DNA of 64,000 nucleotides from Candidatus Latescibacterota bacterium. GTDB taxonomy: Bacteria; Latescibacterota; UBA2968; UBA8231. Position numbers and translations under genes: made by a program. How positions within the stretch are numbered: position 1 is the stretch's first letter; each line of letters begins with the position of its first letter. The stretch lies in assembly GCA_965203175.1 (NCBI GenBank), contig OZ241867.1, forward strand, positions 5,568,001 to 5,632,000, read 5' to 3'. Shown here piece by piece: positions 37,199 through 47,782 of this stretch. The notes beneath the pieces were generated by a model. The model made no database searches. It saw nothing but the letters and a program-made list of their open reading frames with translations, and was not told the origin of the DNA.

Positions 37199-38350
37199 TT
37201 AAAACGTCCCCTGCACGTCCATCACCTGTCCGCCCTCCTCCTTCACCTTGGAGGTAGCCACCCGCTTTTGCAGCTCTTCATAGTACAAATCCTCATCCAC
37301 CGGGATGTGTACCCAATCGTCCGTCCACGTCGAAAGCAACATCGCATTGGCCAACTCCACGCCGTTGATCCCCTCGGTCCCCGCAGCCAACAGCGGTACC
37401 CCCGTGCGGATAGCCTGCACCCAGTTCTGGGTAATCCCCTTGTGCTCCTCGCCGCCGCCGCCCGGGATCTCGCACTTCCAAACCTCCGGGCTGCCAAACC
37501 CATGCGGCCACTCCTCGAGGAACTTGCTCGCCGACTCCGTCGTGCGCCAAAAGGTGATCTTGCCGCCTTCCAACACCACCTTGCCGCGGTCCGCTGAAAT
37601 CTCCAGCCGATTGGTCCCCGGAGCCTCGCCCGTAGAGGTAATAAAAACGCCCGTAGCTCCGTTCTCGTATTCTACATAGGCCGTTACATCGTCTTCAACC
37701 TCAATGTCGTGGTATTGCCCAAAGCGACAAAAGGCCCGCACCCGCTGCGGCATTCCGCAGATCCACTGCCACAGGTCGAGATTGTGCGGACACTGGTTGG
37801 CCAACACGCCACCCCCCTCGCCGGCCCAAGTCGCCCGCCAGCCGCCCGAATCGTAGTAGCTCTGGGCGCGGAACCAGTTGTTGATGATGTAAATCGTGCG
37901 CTGAATCGGCCCCAGTTCGCCGGATTCGACGAGCGACTTCAGCTTTTGGTGCTCGTCGCGTGCACGCTGGTTGAACATCATGCCAAAGACCCGGTCGCTT
38001 TTGGCCGCAGCTTCGTTCATCTCGCGGACTTGGCGCGTATAGACCCCGGCCGGCTTCTCACTCATTGCATGCAGGCCATTTTCGAACGCCTGGATCACCA
38101 GCGGGGGGTGGAAGTAGTGGGGAGTGGCGACGATTACAGCGTCCACGCATTGGGCCGCAAACAGGGCGTCGGCTCCAGCGAACGTTTGCACATTAGCGCC
38201 GTATTTGGCTTGCACGTCCGCGAGCCGGGCTGGATCGACATCAGCTACGGCCGCGAGCTCCGCACCGGCGATTTGGCCTTGAGAAAGATAGGTGGCGTGG
38301 TTGCTACCCATGCCGCCAAGGCCGATAATACCAATTCGCACCTTGTCCAT
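37199..38350 (-). CDS. Gfo/Idh/MocA oxidoreductase
   Basis: GIIGLGGMG, ATPHYFH, EKP and WRATW.GEGGG motifs. Confidence 0.93.
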   Translation of the reverse strand: MDKVRIGIIGLGGMGSNHATYLSQGQIAGAELAAVADVDPARLADVQAKYGANVQTFAGADALFAAQCVDAVIVATPHYFHPPLVIQAFENGLHAMSEKPAGVYTRQVREMNEAAAKSDRVFGMMFNQRARDEHQKLKSLVESGELGPIQRTIYIINNWFRAQSYYDSGGWRATWAGEGGGVLANQCPHNLDLWQWICGMPQRVRAFCRFGQYHDIEVEDDVTAYVEYENGATGVFITSTGEAPGTNRLEISADRGKVVLEGGKITFWRTTESASKFLEEWPHGFGSPEVWKCEIPGGGGEEHKGITQNWVQAIRTGVPLLAAGTEGINGVELANAMLLSTWTDDWVHIPVDEDLYYEELQKRVATSKVKEEGGQVMDVQGTF

Positions 38351-38451
38351 ATTGTACTCCTTGTCGTTATCTAGCGATGATACAAATACAACTTTGTGGG
38401 ACTCAAAAAAGGAAGTGAGTCGCCGGACATGCCAACGGAAATATGGCCCGC

Positions 38452-38481
38452 AATATACCTCAAAATCCGCCGAACGGTCAA
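38452..38481 (-). promoter_or_regulatory. Possible sigma70 promoter
   Basis: TTGACC-N18-TATATT on the minus strand, about 100 nt upstream of the Gfo gene. Confidence 0.35.
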
Positions 38482-38567
38482 TCTCGCACGATTCTTGAGT
38501 TGATCGATCATGACGGCGACCTGTCCCTTTCGAATCGGTCCTTGCGCCCTCTTAACTCACTAAAAAA

Positions 38568-40091
38568 ATGAACAAGCCGAACATACTGATCTTCATGACC
38601 GACCAGCAACGGGCGTGCTCCGTACTACCTGGCGACGCGTACAAAGCGAAGACACCCGTGCTTGACGAGTTCCGCGAGGAGAGCGTCACCTTCAGTCGCG
38701 CCTTCTGCCCGTCACCGCACTGCTGCCCGTCGCGCGCGTCATTTATGACCGGCCTGATGCCGACCCAGCACGGCGTCTGGCACAACGTGAACGTCGCCAA
38801 TGCCATCACCCGCGGCTTGAAAGATCACATCCGCCCCTGGAGCATGGATATGCGGGAAGCGGGTTATCGCATGCTCTTTTCGGGTAAGTGGCATGTCAGC
38901 AACTATCAACAGCCGCACGACTATGGTTGGGAGCACGTCGTGCCGGTAGGCGCGCGCCACAGTAGACGATTGAGCCGCGACGAGCAAGACGCTGCAGCCC
39001 GCGAACGCGAACTGCGCAATTTGCAACAGCATGCTAGGGACAATAATGGTCGCGGGCGTGCCCCCGGCGAGATCAGGCGCGCGGGGATGCGTCCGTACAT
39101 CCACTATGGCGACAATAGCCATCCCTTCTTGGCGCAGTATTTCCGCGACGGGGAAGAGGACAACCCATTCGGCGACCGCACGGTGGTCGAAGCTGCGCTG
39201 GCGAAAATGGATGCGCTAGACGGGAACGAGCCGTGGTGCCTGTATGTTGGGACCCTCGGTCCACACGATCCGTATGTCGCGCCCAAGCGTTTCCTCGATT
39301 TGTATGAAGGCGTGGAATTCCCACTACCGGACACCTTCGACGATCCGCTGGACGACAAACCAGCCCTCTACCGCCGCACTCGCGACCGCTTTGCTCAGTT
39401 GACGCACAAGGAACACCAGGACGCGATCAAGCACTACTTGGCGTTCTGCACCTATGAGGACTGGCTCTTCGGGCAGTTGATCGACAAGCTCAAAGAGCGC
39501 GGAGAGTATGAAGACGCGATCATTTTCTACCTCTCCGACCACGGCGACTACTTGGGCGATCACGGCCTGTGGTGTAAGGGCCTGCCGTCGTTTTTGAGCT
39601 GCTACCACGTGCCGGCAATCGCAAAGATGCCGGGTGGACAGCAAGGCGTGGTGCGCGACGAGTTCGTGTCTCTCTGTGACTTCGCGCCGACGCTGCTCGA
39701 GATGGGCGCAGTGGAGAGCCCGGTGGAGTTTGCCGGTGCCAGCCTGATTCCGTTGCTCAAAGGCGAAACACCGGCCGACTGGCGCGATGCGCTCTTCTTC
39801 CAGACGAATGGGAACGAGACCTATGGCATCCAACGTTCCGCCATCACCGACCAGTGGCGATTCGTCTACAATGGATTTGACTACGACGAACTATACGATT
39901 TGGCGAGCGATCCCGGACAGATGCAGAACCTCGCCCCTGATCCGCAATACCAGCCAGTCATTGAGGAAATGTATCGCCGAATCTGGATGTTCGGCCTTGC
40001 GCACGAAGAGCACTTGCTCAATCAGTACATTATGACCGCGATGGCGGATTACGGGCCGGGGGTGGCACAAGACTTGGGCCAGACGCGGTAA
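38568..40091 (+). CDS. Sulfatase (Cys-type)
   Basis: PNIL..TDQ, CCPSRAS..TG, GKWH, PHDP, SDHG and ELYDL motifs. Confidence 0.92.
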   Translation: MNKPNILIFMTDQQRACSVLPGDAYKAKTPVLDEFREESVTFSRAFCPSPHCCPSRASFMTGLMPTQHGVWHNVNVANAITRGLKDHIRPWSMDMREAGYRMLFSGKWHVSNYQQPHDYGWEHVVPVGARHSRRLSRDEQDAAARERELRNLQQHARDNNGRGRAPGEIRRAGMRPYIHYGDNSHPFLAQYFRDGEEDNPFGDRTVVEAALAKMDALDGNEPWCLYVGTLGPHDPYVAPKRFLDLYEGVEFPLPDTFDDPLDDKPALYRRTRDRFAQLTHKEHQDAIKHYLAFCTYEDWLFGQLIDKLKERGEYEDAIIFYLSDHGDYLGDHGLWCKGLPSFLSCYHVPAIAKMPGGQQGVVRDEFVSLCDFAPTLLEMGAVESPVEFAGASLIPLLKGETPADWRDALFFQTNGNETYGIQRSAITDQWRFVYNGFDYDELYDLASDPGQMQNLAPDPQYQPVIEEMYRRIWMFGLAHEEHLLNQYIMTAMADYGPGVAQDLGQTR

Positions 40092-40138
40092 GTGATGTGG
40101 TACACGCCAACGATATCCCCATGACATAGGAGAAACCC

Positions 40139-40966
40139 ATGTACAATCTCAACGGCAAAGTCGCCCTCGTCACTGGCGCGGGCGGCGAACACGGCATTGG
40201 CCGTGCCATCTGCCAGCGTCTAGCGCGCGAAGGCTGCGACCTCGTAGTTAATGACTTGCACACCCAGCCCTATAGCGACTCTGGTTGGGGCGGTCTGCCC
40301 GCCCTCGTCGCCGAAATCGAAGCCGTCGGCCAGCAGGCCCTTGCAGTGGAAGCCGACGTATCCAACGCCGACCAAGTCGAGAGCATGGTACAAGACGCGC
40401 TCGCCCACTTTGGCCGCATCGACCTGCTAGTCAACAACGCTGGCTCGCGCCCCGGACCAGATCGCGTCCCAGTCGTCGATTTGAGTGAAGCCGCCTGGGA
40501 CCAAGTGCAAACCGTCAACGTCAAGGGTACCTTTCTCTGCTCGCGCACTGTGGCCCGGCACCTGATCGATCGCGGCGACGGCGGTAAAATCATCAACATG
40601 TCCTCTACGGCCGGACGCCAAGGATATCCGCGCTACGCCGCGTACTGCACGTCCAAATTCGCCATCATCGGCTTTACCCAATCCCTCGCCTGGGAGCTTG
40701 CTCCCCACCGGATCAACGTCAACGCCGTCTGCCCGGGCAACACCCTCACCGAGCGCACCCACTACATCGCTGCGGGCCTCGCCCAGCGCGACGAGCCAGA
40801 CGCCGACACCACGGCCGCCCTAGTCCACGACCTTGAGGAGCAAACCCCCCTAGGCCGCATTGGCACGCCCGAAGACGTGGCCCGCACCGTGGCCTTTCTC
40901 GCCTCGGACGAAGCCGAGTACCTCACCGGCGTATCGATGTTGGTCGCTGGCGGCTTTCAGATGTGA
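40139..40966 (+). CDS. SDR-family oxidoreductase
   Basis: TGAGG..GIG, NNAG, YCTSK and VNAVCPG motifs. Confidence 0.93.
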   Translation: MYNLNGKVALVTGAGGEHGIGRAICQRLAREGCDLVVNDLHTQPYSDSGWGGLPALVAEIEAVGQQALAVEADVSNADQVESMVQDALAHFGRIDLLVNNAGSRPGPDRVPVVDLSEAAWDQVQTVNVKGTFLCSRTVARHLIDRGDGGKIINMSSTAGRQGYPRYAAYCTSKFAIIGFTQSLAWELAPHRINVNAVCPGNTLTERTHYIAAGLAQRDEPDADTTAALVHDLEEQTPLGRIGTPEDVARTVAFLASDEAEYLTGVSMLVAGGFQM

Positions 40967-41005
40967 GGACAGTGGTTAAGGTCTGATGGCATCTTGGACA
41001 CCCAC

Positions 41006-41032
41006 GTAGGGGCGACCGGCCGGTCGCCCTAC
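41006..41032. repeat. GTAG-type REP-like palindrome
   Basis: GTAGGGGCGACCGG|CCGGTCGCCCTAC between convergent genes. Confidence 0.65.
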
Positions 41033-41907
41033 TCCTTGACGCTCCCCAGCATGATCCCGCGCACGAAGTACTTCTGCACGAACGGATAGACCAAAAGCAT
41101 CGGCAGGATGGTAACGACCACGGTCGCTGCCTTAATCGTCTCGGGCGTGAACTCGGTGATGTTCGGATCGACCAACCCCTGTTCGATCAGCTCGATGCTG
41201 TTCTCGATGACAATCCGCTGCAAAAAGGTCTGCAAGACCTGGTTCTCGTCCGACGCAATATAGAGCATGGCGTCGAACCAGTGGTTCCAGTGCGCCACGG
41301 CCGTCCACAGCCCAATCGTCGCCAGCACCGGCTTGGAGAGAGGCACGTATATCCTAAAGAGAATATTGAACTCGCTGGCCCCGTCGATTTTGGCCGACTC
41401 GGCCAGGCTTTCGGGAATGGCCTGAAAGAAATTCTTGACTACGATGATGTTGAAGGCCGTTAGCATCTGCGGCAGCACCAGCGCCCATATTGAGTCGATC
41501 AGCCCCAGGTTCTTGACCAACAAGTAGTTGGGCACAATGCCGCCGCTAAAGAGCATGGTGAAAAGCACCAAGAACAGCAGCGGACTGCGGTGGGGCATTT
41601 CGCGTCGGGCCAGCGGATAGGCCGTCAGACAAGTAAAAAAGAGCGTCAGCGCCGTGCCCAAGACCGTGCGCAGGATCGAGTTGGTGAACCCCGTGACGAT
41701 CTCGGGATTGGACAGCACCATGCGGTACGAGGTCAGCGAAATATCCCGTGGGTAGAGATGTAGGCTCGCCCGCATGGCCTCGGCGGCACTGCTCAACGAC
41801 ATCGAGATCGTGTACACGAACGGATAGAGCGCCATTAGCCCGACCAAGCCCAACACCGTCAGGTTAAAGACGTTGAATACCTTCTCGCCTCGCGTGCGGC
41901 TTACCAT
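41029..41907 (-). CDS. Carbohydrate ABC permease (LplC/YtcP-like)
   Basis: TMLFSGG.VP.Y, ESAKIDGA and YPFVQKYF..G...GSVKE motifs. Confidence 0.92.
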   Translation of the reverse strand: MVSRTRGEKVFNVFNLTVLGLVGLMALYPFVYTISMSLSSAAEAMRASLHLYPRDISLTSYRMVLSNPEIVTGFTNSILRTVLGTALTLFFTCLTAYPLARREMPHRSPLLFLVLFTMLFSGGIVPNYLLVKNLGLIDSIWALVLPQMLTAFNIIVVKNFFQAIPESLAESAKIDGASEFNILFRIYVPLSKPVLATIGLWTAVAHWNHWFDAMLYIASDENQVLQTFLQRIVIENSIELIEQGLVDPNITEFTPETIKAATVVVTILPMLLVYPFVQKYFVRGIMLGSVKE

Positions 41908-42806
41908 ATGCCCTGCTCCCCTCCGCTGAGCCGCCGGGCCAGTGAGTTAGCCAGCACCACCATCAACAAGCCGACCACCGACTTGAAAAGTCCGGCCCCA
42001 GTAGCCAGCCCAAAATCCATTAGCACGATTCGCCGCAAAACATAGGTATCGATAATGTCGGCCGCGTCGTACACCATGGGATTGTACATGTTGTAAATCT
42101 GGTCGAAGCCCGCGTTGAGCACGTGGCCGAGATTGAGGATGAAAAGCGTGATAATCGTCGGCACCAAACCCGGGATGGTGATGTGCAAGGTTTGCTTCCA
42201 GCGCCCGGCTCCATCGACGACAGCCGCCTCGTACAGGTCGGGGGAAATTCCAGCCAGTGCCGCCAAGTAGATCACCGCCCCATAGCCAGCCGCCTGCCAG
42301 ATCCCCGTGGCGATGACCACGACGATAAACCAGAAGTCATTGGTGAGGAACTCTATCGGGGAGACGCCGAAGAGCTGGGAAATCTGGTTAGCCGGGCCAC
42401 TCTGCGAGAAAATCATCAGGAAGATACCGCCCAAAATCACCCACGAGAGGAAATAGGGGATATAGGTCACCGTCTGCACGGTGCGCTTGTACCAGGAAAC
42501 GCGGATCTCGTTGAGCATCAGCGCCAGCGCGATCGGCGCGAAAAAGCCGAACAGCAAGCGCAATAAACTGATGGTGACCGTGTTGCGCAGGGCATTGGGA
42601 AAGTCCGCCCCGCCGAAGAGGCGAGAAAAATTCTCCAGCCCGCTCCACGCGCTGCCCAAGATACCAGCGCTCAGGCGAAATTCCTTAAAGGCGAGCACCA
42701 GCCCGAACATGGGTAGGTAATTGAAGAGGAGGAGAAAAGCCAGTCCCGGTGTCACCAACAGCAACAGGCCCTTGTGCCTGCGGTACTGCGTCAGTACTTC
42801 GCTCAT
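41901..42806 (-). CDS. Carbohydrate ABC permease (LplB/YteP-like)
   Basis: YLPM.G...AFK, PYFLSWV, YEAAVVDGA and DIIDTYV motifs. Confidence 0.92.
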   Translation of the reverse strand: MSEVLTQYRRHKGLLLLVTPGLAFLLLFNYLPMFGLVLAFKEFRLSAGILGSAWSGLENFSRLFGGADFPNALRNTVTISLLRLLFGFFAPIALALMLNEIRVSWYKRTVQTVTYIPYFLSWVILGGIFLMIFSQSGPANQISQLFGVSPIEFLTNDFWFIVVVIATGIWQAAGYGAVIYLAALAGISPDLYEAAVVDGAGRWKQTLHITIPGLVPTIITLFILNLGHVLNAGFDQIYNMYNPMVYDAADIIDTYVLRRIVLMDFGLATGAGLFKSVVGLLMVVLANSLARRLSGGEQGIW

Positions 42807-42870
42807 AGTATCCTCATTGACCAAGCAGTGCTTGACATCCTAGGCCCCTTTTTTTAGCTACACCTGCGCC

Positions 42871-43758
42871 ATGCAGCGCGCTTCCATCGAAAATTCAACC
42901 GCCTCGGCCCTACTCTGCGGCCCAGCCGTACTCCTCTACCTAGCCTTTTTCGCCCTGCCAACTCTGCTCGGGTTTGCCTACGGCCTGACCGACTGGTCTG
43001 GCTGGACCAAAGACCCCCGCTTTATCGGCTTGGACAACTTCCGCGAGCTGCTCGACGACGATCGCTTCTTCGCCGCTTTGCGCTTCACGCTCTTTGAGAC
43101 AGCCATGATCGTCGTCGGCTACACCTCGCTGTCGCTGGTCTTGGCCGTGCTCCTAGATCGCATGAAGGTCATGCGCGGCCTAGTGCGCGGCCTGTTTTTC
43201 TACCCGTTTATCCTCAGCATCCTCGTCAGCGCCCTACTCTTCCAATATCTGGCCAATTACCGCACTGGTGCCATAAACACCCTGCTGCGCGTCTTCGGGT
43301 TCGACGCGCTGGCCCAAGACTGGATGGGCGATCCAGCGCTGGTGCCCTATTTCATCCTCGCCTTGGTTCTCTGGCACGGCCTCGGCTTCTACACCACCAT
43401 CTTCCTCGCTGGGCTACAAACCATCCCCAACGAACTCTACGAGGCGGCGCAGATCGACGGAGCGGGCCCCTTGGCCACCTTCTACCGCGTCCAAATCCCA
43501 GTGCTCATGCCGATGATCAAGACCAACTCGGTCATCGCCCTGATCACCGGCATCAACCTCTTCCCGCAGATCTTGGTCACCACCCAAGGCGGCCCCGGCT
43601 ACCGCACGTTTACCGCTGGCTACTACATCTACTGGCTCGGCACGGAAAACGACCGCCAGGGCTATGCTTCGGCCATCGCCTTTGTCGTCTTCGCCTTCCT
43701 AGTCTTGGTCGCCGCCCTGCAAGTCGCCTTTTTCCAGCGCCGCGAGACCGACCTATGA
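42871..43758 (+). CDS. Carbohydrate ABC permease
   Basis: FIGLDNF, YEAAQIDGA and GGPG motifs. Confidence 0.9.
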   Translation: MQRASIENSTASALLCGPAVLLYLAFFALPTLLGFAYGLTDWSGWTKDPRFIGLDNFRELLDDDRFFAALRFTLFETAMIVVGYTSLSLVLAVLLDRMKVMRGLVRGLFFYPFILSILVSALLFQYLANYRTGAINTLLRVFGFDALAQDWMGDPALVPYFILALVLWHGLGFYTTIFLAGLQTIPNELYEAAQIDGAGPLATFYRVQIPVLMPMIKTNSVIALITGINLFPQILVTTQGGPGYRTFTAGYYIYWLGTENDRQGYASAIAFVVFAFLVLVAALQVAFFQRRETDL

Positions 43759-44573
43759 GACGCCGCCTGCCCCTATTCGAGATCGGCATGCTGCTCTTAG
43801 GGCTACTCTACGTGTCGCCCTGTTTTCTGGCGCTGCTCAACTCGTTCAAGACCCTGCCGGAAATCATCCGCTCGCCCGTGGCACCTCCCGAGGCACCGAC
43901 CCTCGAAAACTACCACTACATCTTCACCGGCATCAAGCTAGCCGCGCCGATGTTCAACAGCCTGCTGATGTGCGTTGCCGTCATCACCACCCTCATCGTC
44001 GTCGCCTCCATGGCTGCGTACTCCCTCACCCGCCGCCGCATGCGCACCGGCCATTTCTGGAGCATCTTCTTCCTCGCCGGCATCACCGTGCCGTTCCAAA
44101 TCCTCATGTTGCCGCTCTTGCGCCAATTCAACTACCTCGGCATCGGCTATACGTACTTTGCCCTCTGGCTGCACTACGTATCCTACGGCTTGCCCCTATG
44201 CCTGTTCATCTACAGCGGCTTCATGCGCTCCATCCCCCGCGACCTCGAAGAAGCGGCGCTGATCGACGGCTGCACGCCCTTTGGTACCTTCTGGCGCGTG
44301 ATCTTTCCGCTACTGACTCCCTGCACGGTGACGATCATCATCTTTTGGGGACTCTTTACCTGGAATGACTTTCCCCACGCATTCATCCTCATGGGCACCA
44401 ACAAGGGCGAACTGGCCTTTGTGCAGTTATGGCGCTTTCTCTCGGACAAGTACGTCAAGAACTGGAACTACATCTTTGCCGGCGTCGTGGTCTTGTCGCT
44501 GCCCGTCACTATACTCTATCTTGCCATGCAGCGCCGCTTTGTCAAAGGCCTAACTGCTGGTTCCATTCGCTGA
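43755..44573 (+). CDS. Carbohydrate ABC permease
   Basis: NSFKT, EEAALIDG, WNDF and QR.FV.G motifs. Confidence 0.9.
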   Translation: MRRRLPLFEIGMLLLGLLYVSPCFLALLNSFKTLPEIIRSPVAPPEAPTLENYHYIFTGIKLAAPMFNSLLMCVAVITTLIVVASMAAYSLTRRRMRTGHFWSIFFLAGITVPFQILMLPLLRQFNYLGIGYTYFALWLHYVSYGLPLCLFIYSGFMRSIPRDLEEAALIDGCTPFGTFWRVIFPLLTPCTVTIIIFWGLFTWNDFPHAFILMGTNKGELAFVQLWRFLSDKYVKNWNYIFAGVVVLSLPVTILYLAMQRRFVKGLTAGSIR

Positions 44574-44585
44574 GGACTCCACCCC

Positions 44586-45887
44586 ATGCCCCTTGCCAAA
44601 TTCGCAACCTTTGCCCTCGCCGCTCTCCTCGCTTTCGGGGCCTGCGCCAGCGAGGAAGACGCCCGCGTCGTGCGCGTCACCCGCAATATCGGCGGCCGAC
44701 CCGGCTTCCAGGTCCACTGGGACATCTGGAAGGCCACCTTCGAGCGCCAAAATCCCGGCTGGACGGTGGAGTTGATCGACTTGGGCAACGAAGACGCCGG
44801 CGCGTACTACCGCCGCGCCATTGCCACCGGCGACTTGCCCCACGTGGTAATGACCCTCGACTACACCAAATTCCTAGCCAATGGCAACCACCTGCTCCCC
44901 ATTCCCCGCGCGCTCTACGACCGAGTGGGGCAAAACTTGCCGCCGTTGCACAACGGCCAGTACTACACGGCCCAAGTTGGCCGCCAGATCACTGGCATCG
45001 CCGTCAACAAGCGCATCTGGGCCGAAGCTGGCATTACCGAGCCGCCGCAGACTTGGGACACCTTTATCGCTGCCTTGCACGAGATAAAAGCCGCCGGGTA
45101 CAAACCCCTCGTCTATGGAGGCCGCGAGTGGTCGGCTGGGGTGCCTCTCTCCTACGCGATCCAAACCAACCTCTACGACCCAACCCGCCCAGCCGACGAG
45201 CCTTCCTGGACCGTGCGCCGAGACCGCGGCGAAATCACCTTCGCTACCGACCCGCTGATGCGTCCCATCATGGCAAACATGATCGCGCTGCTCGACAACT
45301 TCGTCGAGAAAGGCTCGCTGAGCGATGGGTACAACGAGGAGCAGCGCGACTTCTTCAACGAGCATGCCGCCACCTGGATGATGGGCTGCTGGATGAGCGG
45401 CGATGTAGAGCCGCTGCAGGTCGACTTTGAAATCGAGTACTGGCCCATTCCCTCCATGACCGGCCACCCGCCCCTCTTCATCAACACCTCCAACCAGCAG
45501 CGAGGCTGGTCTATGACCTCCAGCGCCCAAGGCATGTACTACGACAAAGCCCTCGCCGTGCTCGAGGCCTACTATCACCCAGCGGTCTATCAGGCGTATC
45601 TCAACGCCGAGGGCATGCTGCTCAACGCCACCCAAATCGAAGGCGTCGATGGCCCCAAAAGCACCTGGGGACCGACCCAGCGTCTCTTCGAGCGCATGCG
45701 CACCAACCTCGACCACTGGGGCTGGACGCCCGGCTACTTCATCTCGATTGAGGACTACCCTCCCACCGGCTTCGTCCACTCCTTAGCCCGTATCATGCAG
45801 GAAATCCAAGCCGGTAACCGCGACATGGACGCACTGCTCAAAATGCTCGACGACGACTGGGAGGCCGGGCGCAAGGGAAGCAAGTGA
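44586..45887 (+). CDS. Sugar ABC solute-binding lipoprotein
   Basis: Lipobox FGA-C; FE..NP, NK.IW.EAG..PP.TWD.F. Confidence 0.85.
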   Translation: MPLAKFATFALAALLAFGACASEEDARVVRVTRNIGGRPGFQVHWDIWKATFERQNPGWTVELIDLGNEDAGAYYRRAIATGDLPHVVMTLDYTKFLANGNHLLPIPRALYDRVGQNLPPLHNGQYYTAQVGRQITGIAVNKRIWAEAGITEPPQTWDTFIAALHEIKAAGYKPLVYGGREWSAGVPLSYAIQTNLYDPTRPADEPSWTVRRDRGEITFATDPLMRPIMANMIALLDNFVEKGSLSDGYNEEQRDFFNEHAATWMMGCWMSGDVEPLQVDFEIEYWPIPSMTGHPPLFINTSNQQRGWSMTSSAQGMYYDKALAVLEAYYHPAVYQAYLNAEGMLLNATQIEGVDGPKSTWGPTQRLFERMRTNLDHWGWTPGYFISIEDYPPTGFVHSLARIMQEIQAGNRDMDALLKMLDDDWEAGRKGSK

Positions 45888-47782
45888 TGCGCTCTGCCCT
45901 CGAATGGACGCTGGCCATGGCGCTGTGCGTCGGCCACAACTTCATCGGGGTGCGCAGCTACATACTGCTCGACCACTACTCGGGCTACGCCGACCACTTC
46001 AACACCGTCGGTGTCATCTTCGCCCTGTTCTGGGTCGCGCTTACCGCTCTCCTGCTCGCGCTGATTCGTCCCTTCCTGCGGCTACCGACTTCGACTTTTG
46101 CCCTCATCTACGCCGCGCTGATGGTGGCCACAGTCATGCCAACCATGGGCTTTGGCGGCTATTTTATTCCCCTGCTCGCCGGCGTCTTCTACTACGCCAC
46201 CCCGGAAAACAACTGGCGCGAACTGCTCTGGGACCACATCCCCGACTGGGCTGCCCCACGCGACCTAGAGATGATTCGCAACCTCTTCGAGGGTGCCCCA
46301 GAAGGTGCGCCGCTGCCGTGGGACGCCTGGCTCGGCCCTTGTATCTTTTGGGGCCTCTTCATGGTCGCCTTCTTCTTGGTCAGCTTCTCGCTCATCGCCC
46401 TGCTGCACCATCAATGGGCGCGCGGCGAGCGCTTGGTCTATCCCTTGGCCGTAGTACCGACGGCCATGGTCGAAAGCGTGGAAAACCCGGCCAAGAGCCT
46501 TTTTAGGAACCCGCTGTTCTGGATCGGTTTTTTCATCGCCTGGATCATCCCGACTGTCAACATGCTCGACCAAGTGTTCGACTTTGAGACCATTCACAAC
46601 TTCGGCATTCCCTCCACGCGCATCTTTTTGCGCCGCATCGGCATCTCCTATGGGATCAACGTCAACTTCCTCGTCGTCGGCCTAGGCTACCTGCTCAACC
46701 TCAATGTCCTCTTGAGCGTCTGGCTCTTCCACATCCTCGTCTATCTCGAACACGGCCTGTTGGGCTTTTTCGGGGTTGGCGTCAACCTCCCTGCCCAGCC
46801 GCACCAGCAGGTCTCAGTGCTGATGTCGCACCAGCAGATGGGGGCGCTCATCTTCCTGATCGTCTCGTCGCTGTGGATGTCGCGCGACTTCCTCAAAGAC
46901 CAATGGCGCGCTATCGCCAGCGGCGCAAGAGGTCCGAACACCCACCTGCCCTCGCCGCGCACCTCAGCGCTGATGGGAGTCGTCGGCTTGGTCTATATGG
47001 CGTACTTCCTCCACGCTACCGGCCTTTCCCTCGGCTGGAGCTTGGCCTTTCTGCTGGTCGCGCTGTTGGTCTTTTTGGGCACTGCGCGCTTGTTGGTGCA
47101 GACCGGCTTGGGACGGCTGCGCGCGCCTCACTCTATCCCGCCGCTTTTTACCAACATCTTCGGCACAGCCTATTTCGGCGATAAGGGTCTCACCGCTATG
47201 GGGCTCAACATGGTCTGGGCCGCGGACGTGCAATTGTTCTTCATGGGCACTATGGCCCACGCCTTCAAGGTCTGCGAGGAGGTCAAGGAAAAGATCAGCG
47301 CCCGCAAGCTGCTGTTCTTCCTCGCCTCCGCCCTCGTCGTCAGCGCAGTCACCACCGTCGTGGTCTATATATGGCTGGGCTATCAGCACGGCATGATGCA
47401 CGGCTTCGGCTGGTACTACATCAACTCGCCGCTGAGCAAGTGGGGCTGGGTCGCCAAAACGGTCAACAATCCGCATCCGCCCCAACACCTGACTACCCTG
47501 TTCACCGGCATCGGCGCTGGACTCGCTGGACTGCTCTCCCTTGCCCAGCACCGCCTCGCCGGCTGGCCACTGCACCCGGTAGGGCTGGCCGTAGCCTTGA
47601 CCAATACTGTGCGCGGTGACTGGTTTGGAATGTTCCTCGCCTGGCTCGTTAAGTCGATTCTAATTAGCTACGGAGGGGTCATTCTCTACAGGAAAGTACG
47701 ACCGCTCTTTTTGGGGTTTATCATGGGGGCCTGCGTCGGCGTGGGCGGGTCGTCTTTGGTCTATTCGTTCTACTACTTCTAA
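45884..47782 (+). CDS. Polytopic membrane protein, DUF6785/DUF6784-like putative transporter
   Basis: Many TM segments; PEN.W, W...ERL.YPL and WPLHPVG...AWLVK.....GG..LYRK..P.FLG. Confidence 0.7.
   Translation: MMRSALEWTLAMALCVGHNFIGVRSYILLDHYSGYADHFNTVGVIFALFWVALTALLLALIRPFLRLPTSTFALIYAALMVATVMPTMGFGGYFIPLLAGVFYYATPENNWRELLWDHIPDWAAPRDLEMIRNLFEGAPEGAPLPWDAWLGPCIFWGLFMVAFFLVSFSLIALLHHQWARGERLVYPLAVVPTAMVESVENPAKSLFRNPLFWIGFFIAWIIPTVNMLDQVFDFETIHNFGIPSTRIFLRRIGISYGINVNFLVVGLGYLLNLNVLLSVWLFHILVYLEHGLLGFFGVGVNLPAQPHQQVSVLMSHQQMGALIFLIVSSLWMSRDFLKDQWRAIASGARGPNTHLPSPRTSALMGVVGLVYMAYFLHATGLSLGWSLAFLLVALLVFLGTARLLVQTGLGRLRAPHSIPPLFTNIFGTAYFGDKGLTAMGLNMVWAADVQLFFMGTMAHAFKVCEEVKEKISARKLLFFLASALVVSAVTTVVVYIWLGYQHGMMHGFGWYYINSPLSKWGWVAKTVNNPHPPQHLTTLFTGIGAGLAGLLSLAQHRLAGWPLHPVGLAVALTNTVRGDWFGMFLAWLVKSILISYGGVILYRKVRPLFLGFIMGACVGVGGSSLVYSFYYF

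Noticed and set aside
38351-38567. Riboswitch or ncRNA in this intergenic region
   Set aside because: No recognisable conserved aptamer or tRNA structure by eye; an Rfam scan would be needed.
42832-42860. TTGACA upstream of 42871 as a promoter
   Set aside because: No convincing -10 box at proper spacing.
44429-45779. Long overlapping ORFs of 333 aa (+) and 301 aa (-)
   Set aside because: GC-rich alternate-frame artefacts over the SBP gene.
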